From a virus: a DNA stretch of 64,000 nucleotides. The notes beneath the pieces were generated by a model. That model was not told the origin of the DNA and made no database searches. It saw only the letters and a list, made by a program, of their open reading frames with translations. The stretch spans positions 6,210 through 70,209 of the IMG/VR virus record IMGVR_UViG_3300043446_003692. One strand, 5' to 3'. The position numbers and the translations under genes are program-made. Positions 9,151 to 22,400 of this stretch are shown piece after piece. Positions within the stretch are counted from its first letter, which is position 1. The number at the start of each line of letters is the position of its first letter.

Positions 9151-11061
9151 ATGGCAGCCAATAGTACGCTAAATCTTGTATCCCTCGATTTCGATACAAC
9201 AAAAAATAGCCTGAAAGAATTTTTGAAGTCGCAAGACATTTTCAAAGACTACGATTTCGAAGGATCCAACATCAACATTTTGTTGGACGTATTATCTTAC
9301 AATACATTTCTTAATTCTTTCTATTTAAATATGGTGGCTTCTGAATCGTTTTTGGATTCAGCTCAGATGCGCGACAGCGTAATATCTCATGCTAAAGAAC
9401 TTAACTATCTTCCAAGATCAGCTAAATCTTCGCGTATAGCTTTAGAACCTTTTATCATTTACACCAATAAAGAATTGACTACTCTGGTTTTACCAAAAGG
9501 AACCAGATTCAGTGGCATTACTAAAGGCGTTTCATATAATTTTGTAACTGACACAGCGTATATAAACAACACACCTGTATACGAATCAAATACTCAAGCT
9601 GAAAATTACGATTCTAATAAATTTTACATTTCTTCGAGAATATATCCAGAAGATGGTTCGCCAAGCTATATTGACCCAGATAATCAACTTTTTGTATATC
9701 AGGGCGACTATCAGACAGACACATTCGTAGTTGATTACTCTTTTGAAAATCAACGTTTCGTACTAACTGACAGCTCTATCGATACTGACAGCATAAGTGT
9801 TACAGTAACTGAAAACTCGGGTTCTTCAACCTTGAGGTACATTTACTCTTCGACTCTTTTAGATGTGAAAAATACTGATACTAAATTTTTCTTACAGCCA
9901 GCAGAAAATGGAAAGTATGAGGTAATTTTTGGCGACGATATTATAGGTCGCCGCCCACGCAATGGTGCAGTTGTCACTGTTGAATATCGCGTTACAAGAG
10001 GCGAAGCTGGTAATGGTGTAGTATTGTTTAAACTAGATACTGATGTGGTTGGAGCTAGCAATGGTACTATGACAGATATCAGCACAATTAAAGCTGATCT
10101 AAATGTTGATGGTGGTACTTACGGCGGGTCGAACGCTGAAGATATAGAGGCTATTCGTTACAAAGCGCCACGTTATTTCCAAACGCAGGAACGCGCAGTT
10201 ACAACTTCTGATTATGAAATTCTATTACAAAACGCATTTCCAGAAATTCAAGCTATTTCCGTTTTCGGTGGCGAAACATTCGATCCACCATTATATGGTA
10301 AAGTATATGTTTCTGTAAAACTTAAAGACGTTGATGGATTGCCAGACGCAAAAAAACAAGAATACATTAAGTATCTAGAACCTCGTTCTCCATTGTCAAT
10401 TGATGCTATTTTCATCACTCCAGAAAATTTATATTTGAAACTTACATCGGTTGTTAATTACAATATCAACGTAACAACAGCGCGCCCAGATCAAATTAAA
10501 AATTCTGTTATTAATACAATAAGAACATTCAATACCAATAACCTTGACGATTTCAATGTTATTTTAAGAAAATCAAAACTAGTAGCAGCGATAGATGCTT
10601 CAGATACTAGTATTGTAAGTAACCAAACCAATTTAGAAATCTATAAAAAGATAGTACCATTCCTTGGTGTAAATCAAAATATAACCATTAGATTTGGTGT
10701 GCCTTTACTGTCATCTGTTCCAGAATTAGGAAGCTCTCACCCAGCTAACGACATTCACGCTGTTTCTTCTACACAATTTACATATAATGGTCAGCTTGTT
10801 GAATTAGAAGATAACGGCGACGGTATTATTAATTTGATTACATCAAATCGTGGAACTCATGCAGTAGTAAAACAGGTTGGCACTGTAAATTATTCTACTG
10901 GCGAAATTAAATTGTTCGATTTTAATATTGATTCGTTTGAGGGTAGTGAGCTTAGAATTTATGGATTGCCAGAGTTTGATGATATTTCAGTAATCGGAAA
11001 TAATATTTTTACGCTTGGATTGGACGAGCTTACAGTTAACGTAAGAACAGTTAGAGAATAA
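9151..11061 (+). CDS. gp6: Baseplate wedge protein gp6
   Basis: LDFD..K.SLK.FL, DYDFEGSNINILLDVLSYNT, ESFLDSAQMR, Q.RAVT..DY motifs. Confidence 0.93.
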   Translation: MAANSTLNLVSLDFDTTKNSLKEFLKSQDIFKDYDFEGSNINILLDVLSYNTFLNSFYLNMVASESFLDSAQMRDSVISHAKELNYLPRSAKSSRIALEPFIIYTNKELTTLVLPKGTRFSGITKGVSYNFVTDTAYINNTPVYESNTQAENYDSNKFYISSRIYPEDGSPSYIDPDNQLFVYQGDYQTDTFVVDYSFENQRFVLTDSSIDTDSISVTVTENSGSSTLRYIYSSTLLDVKNTDTKFFLQPAENGKYEVIFGDDIIGRRPRNGAVVTVEYRVTRGEAGNGVVLFKLDTDVVGASNGTMTDISTIKADLNVDGGTYGGSNAEDIEAIRYKAPRYFQTQERAVTTSDYEILLQNAFPEIQAISVFGGETFDPPLYGKVYVSVKLKDVDGLPDAKKQEYIKYLEPRSPLSIDAIFITPENLYLKLTSVVNYNINVTTARPDQIKNSVINTIRTFNTNNLDDFNVILRKSKLVAAIDASDTSIVSNQTNLEIYKKIVPFLGVNQNITIRFGVPLLSSVPELGSSHPANDIHAVSSTQFTYNGQLVELEDNGDGIINLITSNRGTHAVVKQVGTVNYSTGEIKLFDFNIDSFEGSELRIYGLPEFDDISVIGNNIFTLGLDELTVNVRTVRE

Positions 11062-13664
11062 TGCTTATAACAGAAAAAACGATAACGAATTTAATTCAAA
11101 CACATTTTCCGTTTTTTTATACGGAAGATAATCCATTACTAGTTGAGTTTGTCAAAACTTATTTCAGCTGGATGGAGTCAGAAGATCAGACTCTTTATCA
11201 TTCTCGTCGCCTTTCAGAATATAAAGATATCGATTCAACAGTTGATCGGTTTCTTGTTTACTTCAAAGAAAAATATCTGAAAAATATTCAGTTCAATACT
11301 GCTGCTTCAACCAAGCGAATGGTTAAACACAGTTTGGATCTTTATCGTGCAAAAGGTACGCCTCGCGCGATCGATCTAATGTTTAAAGTGGTGTTTGATA
11401 CACCAGCCGAAGTATACCTTCCAAGTCGCGACATATTTCGTTTGTCGAGTGGCGATTGGTATGAGCAGTATTATATTGAAGTTTCGCCAGCACCAATCAA
11501 TATTACATTCGTTGGTAAACAGGTTGAAGGAGTGCAGTCTGGATGCACTGCATTCGTAGAAAAACTTGTTCGCAAAAAGGTAAAAGGCGTTTACGTTGAA
11601 GTATTCATAATTTCCAGTATAGTGCCAGGAAAACACTTTATTACTGGCGAGTTAATTAAGACAGCTGGTCAAATAGCAATTAAAAATAATCCTAGAATTA
11701 TCGGTTCTCTTACTAATGTTCAAGTATTGAGTGGCAGCCAGGGTTTTGCTGTTGGTGATATTGTAAACATCAATTCAGATCAAGGTATAGGCGCGAAGGG
11801 TCGTGTTACTGAAATTGCCGAAGTAACTGGTAAAGTTGATTTCGATTTAATTGATGGTGGTTTTGGTTACACCACCAGTGCGAACATATATGTTTCTGAA
11901 AAAGTTTTAAGATTATCAAACGTCCAAGTTAACACGCAAATAGTCAACAACAAGTATTTTGGTGACTTCGATACTATTACTGAAGATCAAACAAGAATTA
12001 ATGTAATCAATTCTAGTTCTTTATTTGTCACTGGCGAAACGCTGTACACCTATTATTCAAATGGCGTCGTAAAGGGCGAAGGATCTATTCAGAGAGTAAT
12101 AGGAAATACTGCCTCAAGTAATGTGTATGTTACAATTCTTACTGGTAATTTAGTCGCGGGCGGTGCAAGTAGCGTCAATGCTTATTATACTGCTTCTAAT
12201 GCAAAAAGCGCAAACATTGGACCAAGTGGTTATACTGATTTAACAGAAACAGCCACAGTTATTGGGATAGCAGATACTATTCGTATTAATTATGCTAATA
12301 CTTTACCTTTTACAAACAACGAAACAGTATATCAGCTTTCTAATGTAGGATTAATATCAGCCAGCGGTAAAGTTACTGATATTAGCGCGTCTGGTTTAAC
12401 TGGTTTGTTAAGCGTTAATGATATTACTGGTTTATTCTTACCTAACTACAACATTTACGGTCAAACTAGTGGCGCGAATGGTGTAGTTACATCAATTGGT
12501 GTTGATCTCGGCGTTGTTAATGTTTCTGGTCAGTTTTTCAGTAATAGCGGTAATTACATTTATTGTAAGGATTATCAGAACAACGTTTATTCTAATGCAG
12601 TAATTACAACTATATCTACTGGTTCATTAGCTTCTTTCCTAATAGCAAACACATTAGCTAATCCAGAAACAATAGAAATTGATACTGACTTTATTAAAGA
12701 TTATGTTAATACAGCTCTTAGCGCTGCGAATTATACACCAATGAATGCTCCAGTAGGAGCGAATTTAAATTCTATAATTGGTGATTCTCTGACTTACGAC
12801 GCTATAACAATCGGCACAATTACAGCTCTTACTGGCATAAATTCTGGTCAGGATTATAACATTGACCCGATTGTAAAAATAAAAGAACCTTTGATTTCTC
12901 AGTATAATAAAAAAGATTTGTATATAAAAATCAGTAACAGCACTGGTGGTTTCTTCGTTGATGAGATAATTCGCCAGCCTAATACTGGAGCAAAGGGTTT
13001 AGTTAAAAGCGCAAACAGCAGCACAGTTTATATCAGATCTCTAAGTTTTGAAAATTCATTTTCTAATACAGCTGCAAACACTATAGTAGTTGGCACAGGA
13101 TCTGGTTCGCAGGCTAATGTCGATCTCGTGTTTATAGATGAATCTACTGAACCAATGGGTCTTAATGCTGTTGTAAATGCTAACGTTGTTTCTGATGACG
13201 GTTCAGTAACTGCAATAGAAGTTATAGATTCGGGCGTAGGATATCGTCATCTTGAAGTTGGCTCCTTTGCTTCTTTGGATGGCGAAAGAGTCGGTTCAGC
13301 GTCGATGTTTCTCGGAACTAGAACTGCTAATACAGAGGCTCGCGGGCGCGAGGGTAAATCTCTAGGCAGATATAGAACCCAGGATGGATTCCTGAGCGAC
13401 GATAAAAAGCTCCAGGATAGCTATTATTACCAGGACTTTTCATACGAAATCCGTTCCTCTGTGACGCTTGATAAATATGAAGCGATGCTAAAGCAGCTGC
13501 TTCACGTTGCAGGCACTAAATATTTTGCAGCTACAGTCAGATCTTCAATTATTTCGGTTGACACAACCGTATCTTCTAACAGTGAATTGATCAACTTTAC
13601 CGCTGATAAAAACACAGTTAACGTCGATACAACCTCGATTACAACAGATACGAATTACATCTAA
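11061..13664 (+). CDS. gp7: Baseplate wedge initiator gp7-like
   Basis: FVKTYFSWME, LYRAKGT, LQDSYYYQDFSYEI, LHVAGTK motifs; follows gp6. Confidence 0.7.
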   Translation: MLITEKTITNLIQTHFPFFYTEDNPLLVEFVKTYFSWMESEDQTLYHSRRLSEYKDIDSTVDRFLVYFKEKYLKNIQFNTAASTKRMVKHSLDLYRAKGTPRAIDLMFKVVFDTPAEVYLPSRDIFRLSSGDWYEQYYIEVSPAPINITFVGKQVEGVQSGCTAFVEKLVRKKVKGVYVEVFIISSIVPGKHFITGELIKTAGQIAIKNNPRIIGSLTNVQVLSGSQGFAVGDIVNINSDQGIGAKGRVTEIAEVTGKVDFDLIDGGFGYTTSANIYVSEKVLRLSNVQVNTQIVNNKYFGDFDTITEDQTRINVINSSSLFVTGETLYTYYSNGVVKGEGSIQRVIGNTASSNVYVTILTGNLVAGGASSVNAYYTASNAKSANIGPSGYTDLTETATVIGIADTIRINYANTLPFTNNETVYQLSNVGLISASGKVTDISASGLTGLLSVNDITGLFLPNYNIYGQTSGANGVVTSIGVDLGVVNVSGQFFSNSGNYIYCKDYQNNVYSNAVITTISTGSLASFLIANTLANPETIEIDTDFIKDYVNTALSAANYTPMNAPVGANLNSIIGDSLTYDAITIGTITALTGINSGQDYNIDPIVKIKEPLISQYNKKDLYIKISNSTGGFFVDEIIRQPNTGAKGLVKSANSSTVYIRSLSFENSFSNTAANTIVVGTGSGSQANVDLVFIDESTEPMGLNAVVNANVVSDDGSVTAIEVIDSGVGYRHLEVGSFASLDGERVGSASMFLGTRTANTEARGREGKSLGRYRTQDGFLSDDKKLQDSYYYQDFSYEIRSSVTLDKYEAMLKQLLHVAGTKYFAATVRSSIISVDTTVSSNSELINFTADKNTVNVDTTSITTDTNYI

Positions 13665-13675
13665 GGAAGTAGGGA

Positions 13676-14449
13676 ATGGCAAAACAAATTATCGGTATTG
13701 GCAGTGTACCAAATGACGGTAACGGCGATCCGCTTCGTACAGCTTTCAGTAAGGTTAACGACAACTTCAACGAAATGTATTCTTCGTTTGATATGTCTGG
13801 TAAACTGACAGTTGGTAATTCTACTGTAAATTCTTCTGTTTCTAACACTAGCGGGTTTAGAACTGGCAACTCAACTTTTATTACAGTTGCAAACTCTACT
13901 ACAATTCAAATCGCTAATTCTTCGGGAACAGCAAACCTTACGCCAACTGCATTAAATGTTGGCGCTAATGTTATAGTAAACACTACTGGATTATTCGTTG
14001 GTAATTCTTCGGTTAACACAACAATTAATTCTACAGCTTTTACTGGTACAGCAAATAATTCAAATTATCTTGGTAGCGTGGCTGCTGCGTCATATGTTCA
14101 AAACAACGCATCGCGTACTCTCTCGGGCAATCTTTATTTTACGGGAACTAATAACGTATTCGCTGCCAACACTGTAAAAATCGGTACATCAACTATCGCC
14201 GCCAACGGATATACATATCTTCCGAATGGACTAAAAATGAATTGGGGTGTTGTTTCGGCTAACAGTTCTGACGGCAATATTTCGTTTACCTCAGCGTTTT
14301 CCACTGCTGTTTACTCGATTATAGTTTCGGGAACTAACACTGAAGTAACAACAATTCCAGCTGTTGTTGATGCGAATACTACCGCAGCGCTGATTCGTAC
14401 CTCTAACGCTACTTCAGTAAACGTATATTTTACTGCGATAGGATCATAA
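13676..14449 (+). CDS. gp9/gp10-like baseplate-fibre connector with short fibre C-terminal domain
   Basis: N-terminal KQIIGIGSVPNDGNGDPLRTAFSKVNDNF (gp9/10 N-term); C-terminal GYTYLPNGLKMNWG fibre-tip motif. Confidence 0.7.
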   Translation: MAKQIIGIGSVPNDGNGDPLRTAFSKVNDNFNEMYSSFDMSGKLTVGNSTVNSSVSNTSGFRTGNSTFITVANSTTIQIANSSGTANLTPTALNVGANVIVNTTGLFVGNSSVNTTINSTAFTGTANNSNYLGSVAAASYVQNNASRTLSGNLYFTGTNNVFAANTVKIGTSTIAANGYTYLPNGLKMNWGVVSANSSDGNISFTSAFSTAVYSIIVSGTNTEVTTIPAVVDANTTAALIRTSNATSVNVYFTAIGS

Positions 14450-14452
14450 TCT

Positions 14453-16474
14453 ATGGCAACTTCACTGATTCCAAATTATTACAAGTACAATGCAGCGGAA
14501 AACTTTGTTGATTCGTTTTCTCAAACTGGAGTAAATGGTAATTTTTACTACGTTTTTGCTGGAAATCATTTACCATACACTAATACAATTCCAACAATAT
14601 ATGATAATGTGAGTAACACTGCGATTGATGTTTATCGTAACATGATTTTCGGTAAACAGGTGCAATCAACAGATGTTTCATTAATGATTCGTCGTATTGA
14701 TTACGAATCAAATAAGCCTTATGAGATGTATGACGATCAGGACAGAGCTCTTGGTGATAAAGATTTTTTTGCTGTTGTTAATGAAGGTGGGTTTTACAAT
14801 ATCTTCAAATGTTTAAATAATAACAATGGCGCTAATTCTACAGTAACTCCATCCATAACATCTGTTGGTACAGATGGAATTTTTTATAGTCCAGTTGATG
14901 GCTATACTTGGAAATACATGTATAGCGTAAATAACACTACATTCGACAAATTTTCTAACGACAAATATATTCCATATACTGCTAACACACAAGTAATCGA
15001 CAACGCTATCGATGGGTCTATAGATTCTGTAAAGGTTACAGTAACTGGTTCTGGTTATTCCAACTACATTCAAGACGCCAGTTTCATATCATCAGACGTT
15101 CATCTTTACTCTAATACACAATATTATGGAATAAGCGGTGCTGTTGGAGCTTCTTCGACTGACGATTTTTATCGAGGCTGTTACTTTGGTATTACATCAG
15201 GAACTGGCTCTGGGCAGTATCGCGAAATTATAGCTTACGAAGGAACAGCGAATACCAAATATGTTGTTTTAACTGATCCTTTTGTTACGGATCCAGATAA
15301 TACTTCAACTTACTCAATTTATCCAGGTGTTTACATATACGGCGATCAGACTGAAACTGTTAATGCTATCGCTTGGGCGTATGTAAATACTAGCGGAAAT
15401 ACTATTTCTCGCGTAGAAATGATTGAACCTGGCGCTGGTTATAAAATTGCTGTGGCTAACGTATACGCTCATCCATCAGTTGGCATAACTTCAGCTGCAG
15501 CCGTAAGACCTATTCTTTCGCCTCCTGGTGGGCATGGTTCTAATCCAGGAAATGAGCTGTATTCTTCAAGAGCGGCAGTAAGCGTAAAGTTTACTACTAC
15601 TGAATCCAACACCGTTCCTTCAACTAATCAGTTCAGGCAGATAGGATTACTACTTAATCCTGTTTACACTTCTGCAGCAATTAATTTTTCTAGCTCAACT
15701 TCTTCGTTTGTAGCTGGCGAAACTGCTTATTCCTTTTATCCAAAACGCATTCAAAATCACGTAGATATGAGCGTTGGTTCAATATCAGCGAATGTGGAAT
15801 ATGGTGGAATTTTGGATACTGCTTTAAATACAAATGATAAAGTGTTTATTTCAGATGGAACGCAAACTCAACTTTTCACAGTTTCAACTGTAGTTAATAG
15901 CTCTGTAGTAGAATTTACTAGCAGCAGCCTGTACGATTTCGCTAATGCGCAAATGTATACTTTAGATACACAGGCTTATGGTGAAGTAATCGTAACCAGT
16001 GCTGGTTCTATTACGCTTTCTAATATAAGAGGTCATATTAAAGATGATGCATCTGTAGTTGGCGATATTTCAGGGGCGTACACTGATTCTATAACTTCAA
16101 TTGAAATTAGTGATACTGCAAAACAATTTGATACATTTGTTGCTACGTATAGATATACTGGAACAGTATTATCAGGAACATTTGTAGAAAACGAAACCTT
16201 GACCCAAGTAACAAACAATACATCTAATGGCGTTCTTCATTCCGTTCAAACCTTGGGTGGTATAACTAGCTTTTTTGTCACAAACCAAAATGGCATTTTT
16301 AATACATCAAACACTATAACTGGTTCGAATTCTGGCGCGGTCGCTAGTTTGACTGATAAATATTCTCCAGAAATAGTATTTAATAGCGGTAGGATTCTTT
16401 ATTTGGAAAATTTGGACCCTATTACTAGAGCGAATACCCAGTCCGAAACATTTAAACTTATTTTTGAATTTTAA
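14453..16474 (+). CDS. gp8: Baseplate wedge protein gp8-like
   Basis: FKCLNNNNG, DGYTWKYMY, SPPGGHGSN, RQIGL..NP, LYLEN..PITR...Q.E.FKLIFEF. Confidence 0.85.
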   Translation: MATSLIPNYYKYNAAENFVDSFSQTGVNGNFYYVFAGNHLPYTNTIPTIYDNVSNTAIDVYRNMIFGKQVQSTDVSLMIRRIDYESNKPYEMYDDQDRALGDKDFFAVVNEGGFYNIFKCLNNNNGANSTVTPSITSVGTDGIFYSPVDGYTWKYMYSVNNTTFDKFSNDKYIPYTANTQVIDNAIDGSIDSVKVTVTGSGYSNYIQDASFISSDVHLYSNTQYYGISGAVGASSTDDFYRGCYFGITSGTGSGQYREIIAYEGTANTKYVVLTDPFVTDPDNTSTYSIYPGVYIYGDQTETVNAIAWAYVNTSGNTISRVEMIEPGAGYKIAVANVYAHPSVGITSAAAVRPILSPPGGHGSNPGNELYSSRAAVSVKFTTTESNTVPSTNQFRQIGLLLNPVYTSAAINFSSSTSSFVAGETAYSFYPKRIQNHVDMSVGSISANVEYGGILDTALNTNDKVFISDGTQTQLFTVSTVVNSSVVEFTSSSLYDFANAQMYTLDTQAYGEVIVTSAGSITLSNIRGHIKDDASVVGDISGAYTDSITSIEISDTAKQFDTFVATYRYTGTVLSGTFVENETLTQVTNNTSNGVLHSVQTLGGITSFFVTNQNGIFNTSNTITGSNSGAVASLTDKYSPEIVFNSGRILYLENLDPITRANTQSETFKLIFEF

Positions 16475-16491
16475 AAAAGGTCTCGAAGCAC

Positions 16492-19400
16492 ATGTCATTA
16501 AAAACTAACCTTAGTGTTTCCCCATACTTTGATGATTACGATGAGAATAAGAGCTTTTACAGAATCCTATTCAAGCCAGGTGTTTCAGTACAGGTTCGCG
16601 AATTAAATCAGCTCCAGGCTATTGTACAGAATCAGATTGAGCAATTCGGCTCGAACATTTATAAGTCGGGCGCTATTATTTCTGGTGTCAATTTTAGCTT
16701 TGATGACCAGTATAATTTCGTACGTATTCAAGACCTTGATCTAAATGGTATTCCAACGGTACCAAACGCTTATGTTGGAATGTTTACACAAAGCGATAGC
16801 ACTGGTCTTAAGGCTCGTATCGTTGAAGCAGTAGATGGTTTTGAAACTACTGCTCCAGACACTAAAACTTTGTACATTAAGTATGTAAACAGTGGTTATG
16901 ATAACAACACCACATCATACAGCAATAACGAAATTATTACTATCACCAATGCCAATAATTCTATTTTTGGTGTTTCAGTATTAAATGGTGGTAGTGGATT
17001 CGCGAATAGCGACAGCGTAATATTTACTAGCGCGGTTATTGTCGATCCTCTTTCTGGATCATTAGTCGTAGGTGACACGCTGGAACAGCCTAACACTGGG
17101 GCGCGTGCGCAAATTATTTCAATCAGCAACGGTTATTTCGGTAATACTCGTTTGGTTGTTGGATTAAAGCCTCTTGATATCGATTTAACTACTAACCCAA
17201 CTAATACTAGATATTGGGAATTTACAAACGACATCAATGTTAAAAACAGCGCTAATTCAGCAACTGGTAAGATAGTAGGTAGTATTGGTCGCAACGCTGC
17301 AGCGCAGCCAATTACTGATGCTATCGGATTTGTTGATTCAGTTATTGTTACAAACATCGGCTATGGTTATACTGTTCTTCCGCATATTTCTATTAAACCA
17401 GCCAATTCAGACGCTAATATTACTGACTTCGAAGCGCTAGCGATTAACTATGCTGCCAAAGTAAGAGCCACATCAACAGTTGCTGCTTCTGGAACTGGTT
17501 ATTCTATGGGCGTAACAGAAGGTTACATTTACCAAAAGGGCTATTTCCTAAAGGTATTACCACAATCAGTTATTGTAAGTAAGTATAACAATCAGCCAAA
17601 CAACGTATCGGTTGTATTCCAAACTAATGAAAGCATTGTTACTAGTAATATCGACACTTCATTGCTCGATAATGTTACTGGCACTTCGAACGAAAACGCT
17701 CCTGGCGCTGATCGTTTAAAGCTAGCACCAGCGTTAACAGTTGTTACTACCGATGATGCTAACGCTTCTGATGAATATTACAGCCTCGTAGATTTTAACG
17801 AAGGTAAACCATTTAAACAAACTCCATATACAGTTTACAACGAAATCAATAACGAACTGGCTCGTCGTACTTCTGACGAATCGGGCGATTATGTTATTGA
17901 CGAGTTCCTTTCTACAAATAGATCGCTAGTAGGAACGATTGCAAACAATTCAGAAAAGTCAGCTAAGTTTTCTGTTGTTGTAGATCCAGGCAAGGCATAC
18001 ATTAGCGGTTATCGTGTAGAAACTGTCGACAATTATTTTGAAACAGTTGACGCTGGTATCGATACTGGAACTACAAATAACGCTGTAATCAGTTTGAGTT
18101 ATGGCAATTACATCAGAATTAAGGAAATGGGTGGTGCATTCCCATTCCAAACTGGTGCGCAAGTAACATTTTATGACACTGCAAAACAGTATATTACAAG
18201 CGCATTAACTAGTGTAACAGTTCCAGGCGGCAACGTTATTGGTACTGCACGTATACGCTCTATTGTTTTAGAAAGCGGAACTCCAGGCACTGCAGATGCA
18301 ACATATAGAATGTATCTGTTTAATATTACTACAGCTGCAGGTAAAAACTTTAAAGACGCAGAAAGTGTTTATTACACCAGCGCCACTGTAAAGGGCGTCG
18401 CCGACCTAGTTTTAGAAGCAGATTTAGTAACAGCTGCTAATGTAGCTATTGTAAAATCTCCTGAAAATTCTACTCTCTTGTTTAAGAGTGGCAGCAGTAC
18501 TACGCTACTGAATGCAAATAATGTTAGCTATCAGTATAGAACTTCTAACAACACTGTTAGCATGGCTAACAATGGCGTTCTAACTATCAATTATTCTACT
18601 GTAGCTAATGAATTTTTCCCATATGGAAATAGCGCTACACTTTCAAGCGCGCAAATGTTAGATATTACAGTTGTGCCTTCAGTCAATATTGTTTCTTCTG
18701 CTGCAGCTACTGGAACAGTAAACACCTCATTTACTTCTAACTCTGTAACTGGCACAGCTACTCAGTTCGTTTCAGATTTCCGCGTTGGAGACTATGTTTA
18801 CGTTGAAGCTAACAACGTTTCAGCCAACATTGATCCTGCTACAGCTGTAAACACAGCGGCTGATTTTATTATCATATCTAACAATCCATTCCCAGAAAAT
18901 ACAGCTGTTCTTTATACTGTCGCTTCTGGTAACTCTGCAATCGCAAACCTTGCTAGTGGCGCGACATATTACACATATCTTGCCAACAGCTCTGGTTTCA
19001 AACTAGTAAGCAGTGCTGGTAACACTACACCAATTAATATTGCCTCGGGCTCTTCAGAAATCGGTCATCAGTTTTCAGCTACTGCTACTTACTCTGAACA
19101 GAAACAAGTTGTTCTTGTTACTAACAATACTAGCATGCAGTTAAATTCTAATCTTGGTTTTACAACTACCAATGCTAGCATTTACCGTTATTTCCCACAA
19201 AACATGGCAATACCATTTGGGTTGCGTGATGGTTTATCTGCTAACGTAGATGTTAACAGAAACATTCTTCGTTTAAGTACTGGTTTTGCTTTACGCGGAA
19301 CTTCATCAGCGAATGTTGTTGCGACTTATAATATTGAAAGAACCAACGTAACTCCTGGAACTAAAATTGCTAAAAGAAATATTCCAGTAAAAATTGATAC

Positions 19401-22400
19401 AACTACTAATGCTGGTGGGGCTACTGGACCATGGTGCCTTGGATGCCCAGATATTTTCCGTCTTAACAAAGTAGTTGTCGATGGTGTTTCAGCGACAGAA
19501 TATTTCTACGTCGATCATAATCAAAATCCTGATTTTTATGATCTCGGTTATCTCTACAATGATCCTAAATCACCATTCAATGTCACATCTTCGTCTGTAA
19601 TTGAAGTATTTTTTGATGCGTTTGTAGTTGATCAGCCAGGTTACTTCATTAGCCCTTCATATGTTTCTGCGAATAGTCAGCAGCAGTATTCAGTTGATGC
19701 GAAAAACTATGCAGATCTTGGAACCGCAATCAACACGAATGAAGTGCCAGAACTGTTTTCAAACAAAAGCGGTTATTTTAACCTTCTTAATACATTCGAT
19801 TTCCGCCCTATAGCAAATCCTACTATTAATGTGAATGCTACTTCTGCAGAAGAGGTATATTCTGCAGATAACTACGATATTACTAATGGTATTGCTGATA
19901 CTGGCGCTACTGAAACTATTTCTAATTATAATCCTTCTGCGACTATCTCATTCAGCAGCAATACAGATTTCAAATTCCCTCTGCCAGATAGCACAGTAGA
20001 AACAAATCTTACTTTCTATCTGCCAAGAATCGATTCGATTGTGGTCGGTAAACGTGGCATCATTGATATTATCAGAGGCGTAAGCTCTAAAATACCAGCT
20101 ATTTCTAACAAACCAGCTGATACGATTCTTATCGATAACGTATATGTTCCTGACTATCCATCTATTCCTAAAAATCCTGACAGAAGATTGCTCAAGATTT
20201 TAGATACAAAAATGGCTAGTGGGAAGTATGCTACGCGTCGCCTATCTAACCATATTGTGACACACCTGTTCAGCCCTAATGATAAAATCGGAGCCCAGCC
20301 AAAGGGTTATTCGATGGCTGATATCGGTAATCTAGAACGCAGAATTAAAGATCTAGAATATTATGTAAGCCTATCAACATTAGAAACTAGCGTATCAAAT
20401 CTTGTAATTCCAAGCTCGATTACAAATTCGTTTGATCGTTTCAAATATGGTTTCTTTGTTGATGATTTTTCGACATCAACATTTTCTGATACAACGAATC
20501 CAGAATATTCTGCTGCGCGCGCTTTCAACGATCTTTATCCTGCAGCTGAAAATATCAACTTACAACACGGCGACAAGTTCAATTACAGCTTGAGTATAGT
20601 TGCTGAACAACCAGTTGTAATACAGGATACTGCAACTTATTTGATACTTCCTGAACCTTGCGACATAGAAAACGGCGAGCCTATTGCAGTAACACAGCTT
20701 ACTCGTCAGCAACAAAATCCATATGAAGCAAATGAAGCAGTAGACACCTACGTTGCTCCTAAGTTTACTCAGTTTAACTCTCAAGCAACGCTCTACTTCT
20801 ATGCTTATAATGGACCAATTAAAATTGAAGTCAAACAAGCTGGCGCGCCGCTAACTTCAACCGCAGATGCTGTAGCGTTAACGGCTGATGATGTTGCTGC
20901 TCTAAAAGCTATTTCATTTTTCAATGAATCTGATATAGTAATTGATACATCTGCTCCAACAATATCGAGCGGTTATGTAACTGGTGGCTCTGGTAAAATC
21001 GTATTTTCGCATGTTCCTACGAGCGGGCGCATGTACACGATCGTAACTACCAAGGGTGTCAATGCTAAGAAGTGGCGTTACATGCTCGAATATCCTGTCG
21101 ACTCGCAGGATTATATCGATTGCCGTTATGACGTAAGTCCTGTACAGGCTACCACAACTACCACCACAACTACAACTACAACTACAACTACTACGACAAC
21201 CAGTACTACGACTACGACTACTAGTACTACTACTAGCTCAACAAGTACTACATCAACAAGTTCAAGCAGTACAACTACTGTTTCAACTTCGTTGAGCGGG
21301 CTGTATTTACAAAACGAAGGTTACAGTTGGACTGGTTCATCGCTTCCTATAACTCCACACAATTGGGGAACGCCAGGTAGCGGCTCAGTTCAGGCAGCTA
21401 GATTCGATCATAGTAGTTGGACTGCTGTTAAAGCTGCTATGGATCCTTACTACGTAGTAGATACAGGCACCGATAAACTTGCTACTGTTTACATCAGCAA
21501 CTCTGTAATGGCAGACGGTATTCGTAAACTACTTTATGATGAGTTCAGAACATACTTCAAAATAGGTTCTGACAACGGTGCGACTTTGGTTGGATTAGTT
21601 CACGATTTGTATATCCAATACCTAAATCGTGTTCCAGAAATCGAAGGCGTTTACTACTGGATACATCAGTTAGTAACTGGCGCGCAAACATACTCACAAG
21701 TTGTTGCGTTTTTCTCCAACATGAGCAACGCTATTCTTTCTCAATGGAGTTTGCCAAACGTTGCAGCAATTGAGTTTAGATATAACACTACTCCAAATGT
21801 TACATCTAGTTTCTCGATTACTTCAGTTTCGAACCCATCCTCGCTTGCCGACTGGTCATTCGTTCGCACTAAAAACCAGGTATCTTCGGCTGGCAAATTT
21901 GAAAACCTCAACAACTCTGGTGGTATCGACATCAGTGGTGGCGGTGGATTCGCGCAGTTTTATAGAAACAGTGGCGGAACATTTGTTGAGGAAAAACAAA
22001 TTTGGCAAATTTCTACTACCAACTTACTTAACGGATTAAGCAACCGTATTGGTAGAAGTATTCCTTCTGCTGACGCAAGCTCAGTTCTCGCAACCATTTA
22101 TGGATGGTATGTAAATACACCTATAACTGGTGGCGCTAAACTCGACGGCGGCTTAGGTAGACCACCTGATGTCGATGGGTTTGTTTTCTGGTGCAGCGGA
22201 TATTACAACAGTGGTCGTTCGCTCGCTGATTTGAAAACAGATTTTTTCAACAATCCAGAAGCAGTTTCAATCAATTCAGGAAGTTTGAGTTGGTCTGGTA
22301 AATTTGCTACTGGCGTGTTGTCGCCATTCGTAGCGACTAGTGGCGCATTATCTTCTGGATTAGCGTCATTCTCTTCAGTTTCGACTGCAGTTGGCACTGG

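Noticed and set aside
21151-21290. Phase-variable microsatellite
   Set aside because: Codons are mixed (ACC/ACA/ACT/ACG), indicating protein-level selection rather than a slippage tract
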